From an uncultured Pseudomonadota bacterium (GTDB lineage Bacteria; Pseudomonadota; Alphaproteobacteria; UBA9219), in assembly GCA_903920205.1 (NCBI GenBank), contig CAIXLI010000063.1:7913-71912 (forward strand): DNA of 64,000 nt. The letters run 5' to 3'. A program made the translations under genes and the position numbers. Under the pieces are notes generated by a model. It saw only the letters and a program-made list of their open reading frames with translations, was not told the DNA's origin and ran no database searches. Shown here piece after piece: positions 49,906 through 58,787 of the stretch; position 1 is the first letter of the stretch, and every line of letters starts with the position of its first letter.

Positions 49906-50483
49906 ACCTTGCCGACCTTCGCCGCATACTCCGCGCTATTCCCCTTCAGCATAAGATCGAACGAGTCCGCCAGCGCAGGAAGCAAACGTTCCAGCCAGAC
50001 TTTATCCGATTTGGCAAAAGGATTAAGGACGTAAGAAGTCACGGCGTCGCCTTTGACCGCTTCGCCTTGCTCGGTCATCGGCCTGCCGATACCAAGGCGC
50101 ACGCGCCAGTAATTTTGTCCGATATGGGCGTCCAAAGATTTTAATCCGTTATGACCGCCAGCTCCGCCGCCCTGCTTGACCTTAACCTGCCCCGCCGACA
50201 AGTCGAGATCGTCGTGGAAAACAATCACCTGCTCCGGCAAAAAATCATAAAAACGCAGAGCCTCGCCCGCCGCTTCGCCGGACAAATTCATAAAAGTCTG
50301 GGGTTTTAAAAGCAGAAAATCGTCGGCGTTCGTGATAAGCCCGCGAAATTTTTTCTTCCATGCCGGGCAGTGATATCGCGCGGCAATCTCGTCCACGGCA
50401 AAAAAGCCAATATTGTGTCGGGTGCGGGCATAATCTTCGCCCGGATTGCCGAGGCCGATAACAAGATGGGAAAAAGAAGGCAT
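49902..50483 (-). CDS. pth: peptidyl-tRNA hydrolase
   Basis: LVIGLGNPGEDYARTRHNIGF is the Pth signature. 193 aa. Confidence 0.92.
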   Translation of the reverse strand: MPSFSHLVIGLGNPGEDYARTRHNIGFFAVDEIAARYHCPAWKKKFRGLITNADDFLLLKPQTFMNLSGEAAGEALRFYDFLPEQVIVFHDDLDLSAGQVKVKQGGGAGGHNGLKSLDAHIGQNYWRVRLGIGRPMTEQGEAVKGDAVTSYVLNPFAKSDKVWLERLLPALADSFDLMLKGNSAEYAAKVGKV

Positions 50484-50542
50484 GAATAAACAGGAAAAAA
50501 AGAGTAGGGGGCAGGAAAATTTCCCGCCCCCCGCTCGATACG

Positions 50543-51259
50543 TTACTTCTTGGCTTCTGGCTTTTTCGCCGCCGCCGCAGGAGCTGCCGCCGCGCCAGCC
50601 GCAGGAGCCGCCGCCGCGCCAGCCGCAGGAGCCGCTGCTGCCGCAGCAGGAGTCGCAGCAGCCGAGGCCGCCGCTTCGTTTTCTGAACGAACAGCCGAAG
50701 GCACCGCGATCGTGGCGATGGTGAAATCCTTTTCGTGCGTCGTCAGTTTGATGTCCTTGGACAGGTTCAACGCGCTTAAATGGATGGCGTCGTTGATCTG
50801 CAAACCTTCCAAGCTGACTTCAAAGCGAGCTGGGATCTTGTCGGGAGCGCACATGATTTCGATTTCATGATGAACAACGTTCAACGTGCCGCCACGCTTG
50901 ATGCCGGGCGATTTTTCCGCGTTTAGGAACGCGACGGGAACAGCGACGCGAACGCGGGTATTGGCGGAAACGCGCAGAAAATCGACATGCAACGGACGGT
51001 CGGAAACGGGATCAAACTGAACATCGCGGGGAAGAACGCGGAACTTCTTGCCGTCGATTTCAAGATCGAAAAGGCGGGTCAGAAAACCGGCGGCTTCCAA
51101 TTGGCGAACCAGAATCTTGCTTTCCAGCGAGATCAAAGCGGGGGCTTGCTTGTCGCCGTAAATCACGGCCGGCACATGACCGCTGTTGCGGATCGCGCTA
51201 ACGGCGCCTTTGGTGGTCTTGGTGCGCGCGGCAGCGGCAAGGGATGTAACTTGGGTCAT
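50543..51259 (-). CDS. rplY: 50S ribosomal protein L25/general stress protein Ctc with an Ala/Pro-rich C-terminal tail
   Basis: MTQVTSLAAAARTKTTKGAVSAIRNSGHVPAVIYG is the L25 N-terminal domain. The tail AAAPAAGAAAAPAAGAAAAPAAAAKK is encoded by three tandem 24-bp repeats at 50570-50650. Start at 51259 lies inside the tracked ORF. Confidence 0.85.
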   Translation of the reverse strand: MTQVTSLAAAARTKTTKGAVSAIRNSGHVPAVIYGDKQAPALISLESKILVRQLEAAGFLTRLFDLEIDGKKFRVLPRDVQFDPVSDRPLHVDFLRVSANTRVRVAVPVAFLNAEKSPGIKRGGTLNVVHHEIEIMCAPDKIPARFEVSLEGLQINDAIHLSALNLSKDIKLTTHEKDFTIATIAVPSAVRSENEAAASAAATPAAAAAAPAAGAAAAPAAGAAAAPAAAAKKPEAKK

Positions 51260-51554
51260 TCTTCTCTCCATGTAAGCCGTCGGCTGCTGAATGAAAGAGA
51301 AGCTGCGAGAGGACGAGAAAACAAAAGCTTTGTTTCCCGCGCGTTCGTGGCCGCCCCCTGACAACACAACCAAAATCCGGCGTTTGATTAAAGTCGGCCT
51401 CCAGGGGTGCCGACCATTGCGGAGCAGGAGATAGCAGAGAAAGCTAAGGATTGGCGAGTCTTTTTTCCTGTTTTTGGGCAGACAGGGGCCAATGACAAAA
51501 GCCGCAGCCCCCATCTATCCTTGTAGGGGCCCGGATTCATAGGAAAAAAAGAGG

Positions 51555-52019
51555 TTAGCCTGTTGGTCCAGCGTCGACGGCAGTCGGCATTGCGGCCTTT
51601 ATCTCGCCCCTTTGGTTGGGGCGCTTACGGCTTTCACGCGCATTTTTCAACACGGCGAGGATTCCCTGCACGCTGTCGGATGGGGTTGCCTTGATACCCA
51701 CATCCTCAAACCAAAAGGTTACAGGAGCGCCTTGCAAAGTTTTGCTGAGACGAATAGCAGCATCCGCAACTTCGTCCGCCGTATACCCTTCCGCTGGTTC
51801 CCATAGGGCTGCTTTAATGATCTTGTCGCCGTCATTTGGGCCCCGTGTAACGTGCAAAAATATAAGTAGACCTTCCGATTGACTGGCTTCCGCCAATTCG
51901 TCTGGCGTAACAACCTCATAAAGCTTATCCAAAATTTCTTTCACCTGACTATCGTCTTTCGGTAGCAGGGAAAGAATCCTCACGACCGAACCTGTCTGCA
52001 GTAAATTCATGGGGGGCAT
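51555..52019 (-). CDS. hypothetical acidic protein (about 154 aa) inserted between prs and rplY
   Basis: MPPMNLLQTGSVVRILSLLPKDD... No domain recognised. Acidic and alpha/beta-like. Interrupts the conserved prs-rplY-pth cluster. Confidence 0.4.
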   Translation of the reverse strand: MPPMNLLQTGSVVRILSLLPKDDSQVKEILDKLYEVVTPDELAEASQSEGLLIFLHVTRGPNDGDKIIKAALWEPAEGYTADEVADAAIRLSKTLQGAPVTFWFEDVGIKATPSDSVQGILAVLKNARESRKRPNQRGEIKAAMPTAVDAGPTG

Positions 52020-52148
52020 GTGTTTCTTTCTAAAATTAGTGCGTATAAAAAAACTAAGCGCGCAAGAAAACTCGCCGCCTATTGTAGCAATGAACACAGC
52101 GGGCGCTTTGACATGCCTCAGTCTATAATAATTCTGAAATTTTCGTCC

Positions 52149-53096
52149 TTAACCAAACAAACTAGAAACAGACCGTTCTTGGTTAATGCGAATAATCGCT
52201 TCAGCCAGCAAAGGCGCGACGCTGATCTGTTTAATTTTGGGTGAGGCGATAACGTCGGGCGTTGCTTCGATGGAATCCGTAATAATCAAATGCTCCATCG
52301 GCGATTTATTAACGCGGTCGATTGCCGCGCCCGACAAAACGCCGTGCGAAACATAGGCGGTAACGGTCTTCGCGCCCGCCGCTTTCAGCGCTCCGGCGGC
52401 GTTGCACAAAGTTCCGGCGCTATCGGCGATATCGTCCAACATAATGCAATCGCGGCCTTCGACGTCGCCGATAATGTTCATAACTTCGGATTCGCCAACT
52501 TTTTCGCGGCGTTTATCGATAATCGCTAACCCCGCATCCAATTTTTTCGCCATCGCGCGCGCGCGCACGACGCCGCCGACATCGGGGGACACTACCGTTA
52601 ATCCTTCCGGCAATTTGCCCTGCACCGACAGATTATCGCGCACATGACGCACAAAAACGGGGCCGACGAAAAGGTTATCAACCGGAATATCGAAAAAGCC
52701 CTGAATCTGACCCGCATGCAGATCAAGCGTTAAAACGCGGTTTGCCCCTGCCGTCGTAATGATATTGGCGACCAGTTTAGCCGTAATCGGCGACCGTGAG
52801 CTTGTTTTGCGATCCTGCCGTGCATAACCGAAATAGGGCATAACGGCGGTAATGCGGCGCGCCGAAGCGCGGCGCAGCGTGTCGATCATTACCAAAAGTT
52901 CCATAAGCGTGTCGTTGGCGGGAAAAGACGTCGGCTGAATGATAAAGACATCCTCGCCACGCACATTTTCAAGAACCTCAAAGAAAATCTCCATATCCGC
53001 GAAGTGCCGGATAGAGGCGTGAGCCAAAGAAGTGCCCAGATTCTGCGCGATAGCCTCAGCCAAAGGCCGGTTGCTGTTACCCGCGATAAGCTTCAT
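52149..53096 (-). CDS. prs: ribose-phosphate pyrophosphokinase
   Basis: PRPP-binding motif and divalent cation site. [17 protein letters not shown] start. 315 aa. Confidence 0.93.
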   Translation of the reverse strand: MKLIAGNSNRPLAEAIAQNLGTSLAHASIRHFADMEIFFEVLENVRGEDVFIIQPTSFPANDTLMELLVMIDTLRRASARRITAVMPYFGYARQDRKTSSRSPITAKLVANIITTAGANRVLTLDLHAGQIQGFFDIPVDNLFVGPVFVRHVRDNLSVQGKLPEGLTVVSPDVGGVVRARAMAKKLDAGLAIIDKRREKVGESEVMNIIGDVEGRDCIMLDDIADSAGTLCNAAGALKAAGAKTVTAYVSHGVLSGAAIDRVNKSPMEHLIITDSIEATPDVIASPKIKQISVAPLLAEAIIRINQERSVSSLFG

Positions 53097-53302
53097 GGCA
53101 CGTTCCTTATATATAGGTGATTATGGGCGAGGGTATATCAGCGCGGGCGCGGCGTGTAAAGGCGAGGATGCTTCAGGAACAAACATCGGCGAAAGAGGAG
53201 AATATCTATTATTTACTTTCACGGGGGTATGTTATATTCGGCCATTCGCACAAGGCGGCATAGTATTTAATAATAAGGCAATAATGTATGGGGGGACATG
53301 TA

Positions 53303-53740
53303 ATGTCGGAACAAGAATTATTTATTGAGGCTAGACAAACTCTGCCTGTAAGCGGCCTCAGCTGGTTGGGGCGTTTTTCCCCGCGTGTAGAGACGGGCTC
53401 TAAAATGATTTCTGTGCGGAGTATTAACTGTATCGTAAAAGGACGCGTTATTGAGAGCGGTTCGAAGATAAGCAATGAGCCTCTCCACGAGCATCAAGCA
53501 AGGCGTGTAGATGACGACAAATCCGTGCTTGAAAAGATGAAAAAGGCTGGGTTAGCGGTTTTTAGCGTGAACGCGGATACTTATGTGAATCTCAATCAAG
53601 TCAGGAGCATTGTGCCTGAACGGGAACGCGCGCAGATAGTTTTTTGTGATGGACAGAGCTTGAATACGGAAATGCCCTTTGAGCGCGCTCGTTCCAAGTT
53701 TGTAGCAACGACAACTCAGTCCAAGGCCGTGCCAACTTAA
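53303..53740 (+). CDS. hypothetical protein (145 aa) in an AT-rich islet
   Basis: RBS GGGGGGA before ATG at 53303. Local GC about 46% by eye. AT-rich promoter-like DNA at 53100-53300. No domain recognised. Confidence 0.4.
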   Translation: MSEQELFIEARQTLPVSGLSWLGRFSPRVETGSKMISVRSINCIVKGRVIESGSKISNEPLHEHQARRVDDDKSVLEKMKKAGLAVFSVNADTYVNLNQVRSIVPERERAQIVFCDGQSLNTEMPFERARSKFVATTTQSKAVPT

Positions 53741-53924
53741 GCCACAAGCTCACCAAGCAGAATGTTGTGGGGGGCGGCTCTTGCGATGTCTTGGATTGTC
53801 GATTAATGCTTGACCATTGCCTCGGCACCGCGTATGAGTCCCGCCTTCGCGCTAAGAAACCCTTTATACGGGCGGCGCGGCAAGCAACTGCATTAAGTTA
53901 ACTACGGAATTTGGGAATATCGTT

Positions 53925-54194
53925 ATGGCCAACCATAAATCTGCCGAAAAGCGCGCACGTCAAACTGTGAAGCGCAATGAAATCAACCGCTCGCGCCGTT
54001 CTGCGATCCGCACTGTCGTTAAGGCAGCGGAAGCCGCAGCCGTTTCGGGCGATGCCGCTGCCGCATTGACGGCGCAACGCAAAGCCGAATCCGCTCTGGC
54101 AAAAGGCGCATCACGCGGAACGTTGCACTGGAAAACAGCGGCGCGCAAAACGTCGCGTCTCGCCAAGCGCGCGAAGGCTGCCAAGAAAGCGTAA
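53925..54194 (+). CDS. rpsT: 30S ribosomal protein S20
   Basis: [13 protein letters not shown] start. 89 aa, basic. Confidence 0.93.
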   Translation: MANHKSAEKRARQTVKRNEINRSRRSAIRTVVKAAEAAAVSGDAAAALTAQRKAESALAKGASRGTLHWKTAARKTSRLAKRAKAAKKA

Positions 54195-54226
54195 CAACTT
54201 CCCGTTTTTTGTTCGCTTAAGAATTA

Positions 54227-54262
54227 TCGCCGCGCATCAAAATGCGCGGCGAATTTTTTTGT
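54227..54262 (+). terminator. rho-independent terminator of rpsT
   Basis: Stem TCGCCGCGCAT/ATGCGCGGCGA (11 bp) with loop CAAA, followed by T7. Confidence 0.85.
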
Positions 54263-54698
54263 CTTCTTTTTCATTTTTTTTCATCACAAATTTTCGCACA
54301 ACAGTGCAATGTGAATCCTTAAAAAAATCGGACGAGGTTAATGCGCCAGAAAACGAAAAAGATGCGCGCACTCTTCGGTGTGTATGCGACGAAAATTTTT
54401 TTGGCGAAGCAAGAAATATTTTTATCACGTTCCCTCTTCGGACCTGTGGACAAAGACGTAAGGTTTGATCTATGGTCGAGTTGTCTTCTGGTTATGAGTT
54501 TCATCGTGAATGCGGATCGAAAAAATATGAGAAGCTATCAATCACACCGTATCAACGATTCTTATACGCCAAAGCTCGTCGCCGCCTTCTGCGCGACACG
54601 TCCCCTTACTTAGTTCTTTTTGCGAAACCCCGAAGAATCTTTCTTCGGGCTGTGCGATATCTTTTGCTTTTCGGCAAGTCAGTTCGATCCATGGAGTT

Positions 54699-56147
54699 GT
54701 GATGAAGGTTCAGGCAGCAAGCGCGGTCTCGGAAGATATGGGTGCGATCTCCCCAACGGCGTGGGATGATGTGCGCACGGCGTTGCGCGATCGTTTCGGC
54801 GAAACCGCGTATCGCCGCTGGCTTGAGCCGATGACCAACGACATTGTGTGCGATGCTTCTGGCGTCCATCATGCGACCATGATTTTGCCGACCCGTTTTA
54901 TGCGCGACTGGGTCGAAGCGCATTACGGCGACATGATCCGTTCCCTGTGGCAGCAAAATTCTCCGCGCGGCAATGTTTCTTTCTCTGTCATGTCGCCGTT
55001 GGCCAAAGCGGCGCAGGCCAAGAGCGCGATCGATACAGCGGCTACGGCCCCCATCGCGCCTTTGGGACGCGCTCTGGCTCCGGCTCAGGCTTCGTCTTCC
55101 TCTTCCTCGGGATTTGCCGGAGATTTGTCCGCTGATCTTGATCCGCGTTTTACCTTTGATAATTTCGTCGTCGGTAAACCGAACGAATTGGCTTATGCCG
55201 CCGCGCGCCGCGTTGCCGACACGGAAAACCCCGCCTTCAATCCGCTGTTCCTTTATGGCGGCGTCGGTTTGGGCAAGACCCATTTGATGCACGCCATCGC
55301 CTGGCATATACGCACGAATTATCCGCATCGCCGCGTCATCTATATGTCGGCGGAAAAATTTATGTATCAGTTCGTGCGCGCGCTGCGTTTCAAAGACACG
55401 GTTTCGTTCAAGGAACAATTTCGCTCTGTCGACGTCCTGATGATCGACGATGTGCAATTCATCGGCGGCAAAGACACGACGCAGGAAGAATTCTTCCATA
55501 CCTTTAACGCGCTGGTCGACCGCAACCGCCAAGTGATCGTCTCCGCCGACAAATCGCCCCAAGATCTTGACCGCATGGAAGAACGTCTGCGCTCGCGCCT
55601 CGGCTGGGGGCTTGTCGCCGATTTGCATCCGGTCAATTACGAATTGCGCTTAGGCATTCTGCACGCTAAGGCGGACAAGCTCGGCTGCCCCGTGCCGGAC
55701 AAGGTGATGGAATTCCTCGCCCACAAAATCGCGTCGAATGTGCGCGAACTTGAAGGCGCACTGAACCGCATCGTCGCGCACGCCCAATTGGTAGGCCGCA
55801 CGATCTCGCTGGAAATGACGCAGGAAGTTCTCGCCGATATGCTCCGCGCTTCCGAACGTCGCGTCACGATTGACGAAATTCAAAAGAAAGTCGCGGAACA
55901 TTACAATGTCCGCGTCGCCGACATGCATTCCGCCCGCCGCGCCCGCGCCGTAGCGCGTCCGCGTCAGGTGGCGATGTATCTGGCGAAACAACTAACTCCG
56001 CGCTCTCTGCCGGAAATCGGCCGTAAATTCGGTGGACGCGACCACACCACCGTTATCCACGCCGTCCGCAAGATCGAAGAACTCTCAGCCTACGACGCAG
56101 CCTTCCGCGAAGACGTCGAATTGCTAAGGCGTTTGCTCCAGAATTAA
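54699..56147 (+). CDS. dnaA: chromosomal replication initiator DnaA
   Basis: Walker A GGVGLGKTHLMHAI, sensor motifs and the domain IV helix-turn-helix. 482 aa. The 430-bp AT-rich region upstream holds DnaA-box-like TGTGGACAA at 54445-54453. Confidence 0.95.
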   Translation: MMKVQAASAVSEDMGAISPTAWDDVRTALRDRFGETAYRRWLEPMTNDIVCDASGVHHATMILPTRFMRDWVEAHYGDMIRSLWQQNSPRGNVSFSVMSPLAKAAQAKSAIDTAATAPIAPLGRALAPAQASSSSSSGFAGDLSADLDPRFTFDNFVVGKPNELAYAAARRVADTENPAFNPLFLYGGVGLGKTHLMHAIAWHIRTNYPHRRVIYMSAEKFMYQFVRALRFKDTVSFKEQFRSVDVLMIDDVQFIGGKDTTQEEFFHTFNALVDRNRQVIVSADKSPQDLDRMEERLRSRLGWGLVADLHPVNYELRLGILHAKADKLGCPVPDKVMEFLAHKIASNVRELEGALNRIVAHAQLVGRTISLEMTQEVLADMLRASERRVTIDEIQKKVAEHYNVRVADMHSARRARAVARPRQVAMYLAKQLTPRSLPEIGRKFGGRDHTTVIHAVRKIEELSAYDAAFREDVELLRRLLQN

Positions 56148-56764
56148 GAAAACTGCGGCGTTGGGATCCCTGCGTACCATTTCAGCAAAGAGGTCGTTAT
56201 CTCTGGCTGCGAGGGGGGCGGCTTCGGCAACCCGATCTGTGCAGCTGCCTTTAAAACGTTGGTCAAAATTCCCTCCGACACGTCATCGGACAATATCTTA
56301 ACATAAAGAGGGGGAAGTGCTGGCTTAAATCCAGCGTTTTCCCTATTCACGGATTTTAGCGCCTGCTTCCAATCGTCAAGCAGATACCCGTTCTTGAAAA
56401 AAGAAACGCTATTTGCCACCCACGGGGCGCGCCACAAACGAGCTATAACGGACTCTTCATGCTCAGATTTATGGAACAAGGACTCGTTCTTCGTATTATT
56501 AAGGGCTTGCAAACGCCCAATGGGCGCGGTCAAGATGCCTGCCAACTCGGGCCCAAGTTTGATCAAGGGGACAAGTTGCTCAGCCGTTAGCTTGGTTTGG
56601 ACAACGGCATCGTTTTGTTGACACGCATTTCCGAACACAGCCTCTGAATTCTGGAATAGGTCTCTAGTAATTATGCCGATACCATTATGGGGGCTCAAAG
56701 TCAGGACGACATGCTCATCGGCAGTAAAAAGATATAAACTATCGTTGTGAAAAGACTTAGGCAT
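56144..56764 (-). CDS. hypothetical protein (206 aa), lower GC, convergent with dnaA
   Basis: Clean ORF overlapping the dnaA stop by 4 bp. No domain recognised. GC about 48% by eye. dnaN is not present here. Confidence 0.4.
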   Translation of the reverse strand: MPKSFHNDSLYLFTADEHVVLTLSPHNGIGIITRDLFQNSEAVFGNACQQNDAVVQTKLTAEQLVPLIKLGPELAGILTAPIGRLQALNNTKNESLFHKSEHEESVIARLWRAPWVANSVSFFKNGYLLDDWKQALKSVNRENAGFKPALPPLYVKILSDDVSEGILTNVLKAAAQIGLPKPPPSQPEITTSLLKWYAGIPTPQFS

Positions 56765-56948
56765 TGGAATCCTCTAAAAATGTGTGGGGTTTCAAAAACT
56801 CAAGGCTTCTATACCTCCTGTTTTCTGCAAGTAAAAGCCAAATCATCCCTGGAAAAGAAAAAAACTTCGCTGCATACCCGCGCAAAGCAAAACTTCCCAA
56901 ACAATACGATTTTCCCAAGTTGTCGTGTCGGCGCGGAAGAGACAAGCT

Positions 56949-57359
56949 TTATTTCACCCCCACCAGCATTGGCATCGCAAACACATATAAACAGCTAAAG
57001 CTGGCGATGGTTAAAACCAGATAGGTCAGCTGTGCGCCAAGGAAACGCAGGGCGTCCGAGTTGCGCGTATGGTTGCTTCCAAAAGCATGCATCAAGCGGG
57101 CGGTAACTAAAAGGGATCCCAATGCATGCAGGGCAAAGGTAGGAGCGCCGCTCGCTTCGACCAGCCCGATCAAAAAAAGCGTTAACGGCACATAATCCGT
57201 AAAGCTTGAGACTAAAGCCTCGGCGCGGCGCAAATCGGGGTCGCTTTGCTTGCCCTGACCTGCGGCATGAACCCAGCTTTTCATCATGTTAAAAGAAAGG
57301 ACGACCAGCAAAAGGCCAAGAAGACCAGCATAAAGTAGGACAATATGAACAGAGGCCAT
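56949..57359 (-). CDS. MAPEG-family inner membrane protein (YecN-like)
   Basis: MASVHIVLLYAGLLGLLLVVLSFNMM... About 136 aa with four helices. Pattern matches YecN. Confidence 0.6.
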   Translation of the reverse strand: MASVHIVLLYAGLLGLLLVVLSFNMMKSWVHAAGQGKQSDPDLRRAEALVSSFTDYVPLTLFLIGLVEASGAPTFALHALGSLLVTARLMHAFGSNHTRNSDALRFLGAQLTYLVLTIASFSCLYVFAMPMLVGVK

Positions 57360-57653
57360 GAAACCCTCCTTAACAAGGTTAATCCCGCTCTTTCCGTGCA
57401 AGAACGGGGTTTGACGCAACAATCTCGCCCGTCTGACAGGCTAGACAAGACAAAAAAAGGCCGCAAAACCGTCTCTCGGTTTTTATTGTTACAAGGGCTT
57501 GAATAACACAAGAAACTGACGGTATAAACCTACTATTAACTTTCATGTGGTCAAACAATAAGATTGGATAAATTGGTTTGTCTGATTTGGGGATGTTCTT
57601 TGCTGTACATACTGCCTAATTGCCGGGTTAGCCCGGTTTCACGCACCCTCTTG

Positions 57654-58787
57654 ATGGCTAGTGCCTTGCTGGCTTTTTCGGGGGCGCCTTTTTCTGCGCA
57701 TGCTGCGAATGGCAGCGCCGTTTCTGACGCCATAGCCACGTTGTCGGCGCAGCCCACGGGGCAGGGGCGAGCATCCACCTATCCTTCTTCTGCCACGCCA
57801 GCGGCTCCGGTGGTATCGCCTTCATCAGCGGGGGCTCTACCGTCAGCAGTCCCTTCAAGCTCTTCCGGCATTGATATTCCTTCGCCGCCGCCGCCCTCGG
57901 CTTTTTCTTCAGACGCCAACCAACTCGCTGTTCAGGCAGAACAAGCCGCACTGCAAGCGCAAGCGCAGGCCGATAATGACGAACACAAGCGCGAACAGGA
58001 GCATAGCTCTAAATCCTTTGATAAGGCCGAACGCGGATTGATGCCTATGTCTCCCGACCAGGTGCGCGAACTTATGCGCCGGCTCGAACAAACGCAGTCA
58101 GCGGCGCAGATTCCTTATGCAGGTCCGCCCAAGGGACAAACGCGTGTTTCCACCTTGTCCCTCGATCCCGGTGTCGAGCCTCCGCAGATTAATCTTAACT
58201 CCGGCTATGTCACGACGATAGCGATGGTCGATGCGACGGGTGAACCATGGCCTATTTTGGATGTCGGCGTCGGAGGTAATTTCGAAGTTTCTCCGACTCA
58301 GGCAGGAACGCATGTCGTTCGCGTCATGCCTTTGACCCGCATGGGGACAGGCGATCTGTCCGTTTTGCTCAAGGACTTGCCGACGCCGGTCATTTTCCGT
58401 CTTTCGTCAGGCGGTCCTAACGTCGACCTCCGCTATGACGCGCGTATCGGCAAAATGGGCCCTGGCGCCAAGCCGCAGATCATTAGCCGCCCACGCCTTG
58501 AAGCGGGCGATGAGACATTGACGTTGCTTCTTGAAAATGCACCACCGAATGCCGCTAAACGTGTCAAGGTTAGCGGGCTTGATTCCAGAACTAAAGCCTG
58601 GTCTATCGGCGACAAAGTATATGTGCGCACGCCCCTCAGCCTGCTGTCTCCTGCGTGGAATGCCAGTGTGGCCTCGGCGGACGGCACGACGGTTTATGAG
58701 ATAGGCTCTGCGCCCGTTCTTTTAATGTCCGATAATGGCGCTATGGTGCGCGCCCAGATTTCGCGGGACGAAGATCATGACAAATAA
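57654..58787 (+). CDS. dotH: type IVB secretion outer-membrane core protein, DotH/IcmK-like (VirB9-like C-terminal domain)
   Basis: Signal peptide MASALLAFSGAPFSAHA, then a Ser/Pro/Ala-rich linker and a C-terminal beta-rich domain. Directly precedes the DotG-like and DotF-like genes in the Legionella order icmK-icmE-icmG. A TTG at 57564 is an alternative start. 377 aa. Confidence 0.6.
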   Translation: MASALLAFSGAPFSAHAANGSAVSDAIATLSAQPTGQGRASTYPSSATPAAPVVSPSSAGALPSAVPSSSSGIDIPSPPPPSAFSSDANQLAVQAEQAALQAQAQADNDEHKREQEHSSKSFDKAERGLMPMSPDQVRELMRRLEQTQSAAQIPYAGPPKGQTRVSTLSLDPGVEPPQINLNSGYVTTIAMVDATGEPWPILDVGVGGNFEVSPTQAGTHVVRVMPLTRMGTGDLSVLLKDLPTPVIFRLSSGGPNVDLRYDARIGKMGPGAKPQIISRPRLEAGDETLTLLLENAPPNAAKRVKVSGLDSRTKAWSIGDKVYVRTPLSLLSPAWNASVASADGTTVYEIGSAPVLLMSDNGAMVRAQISRDEDHDK

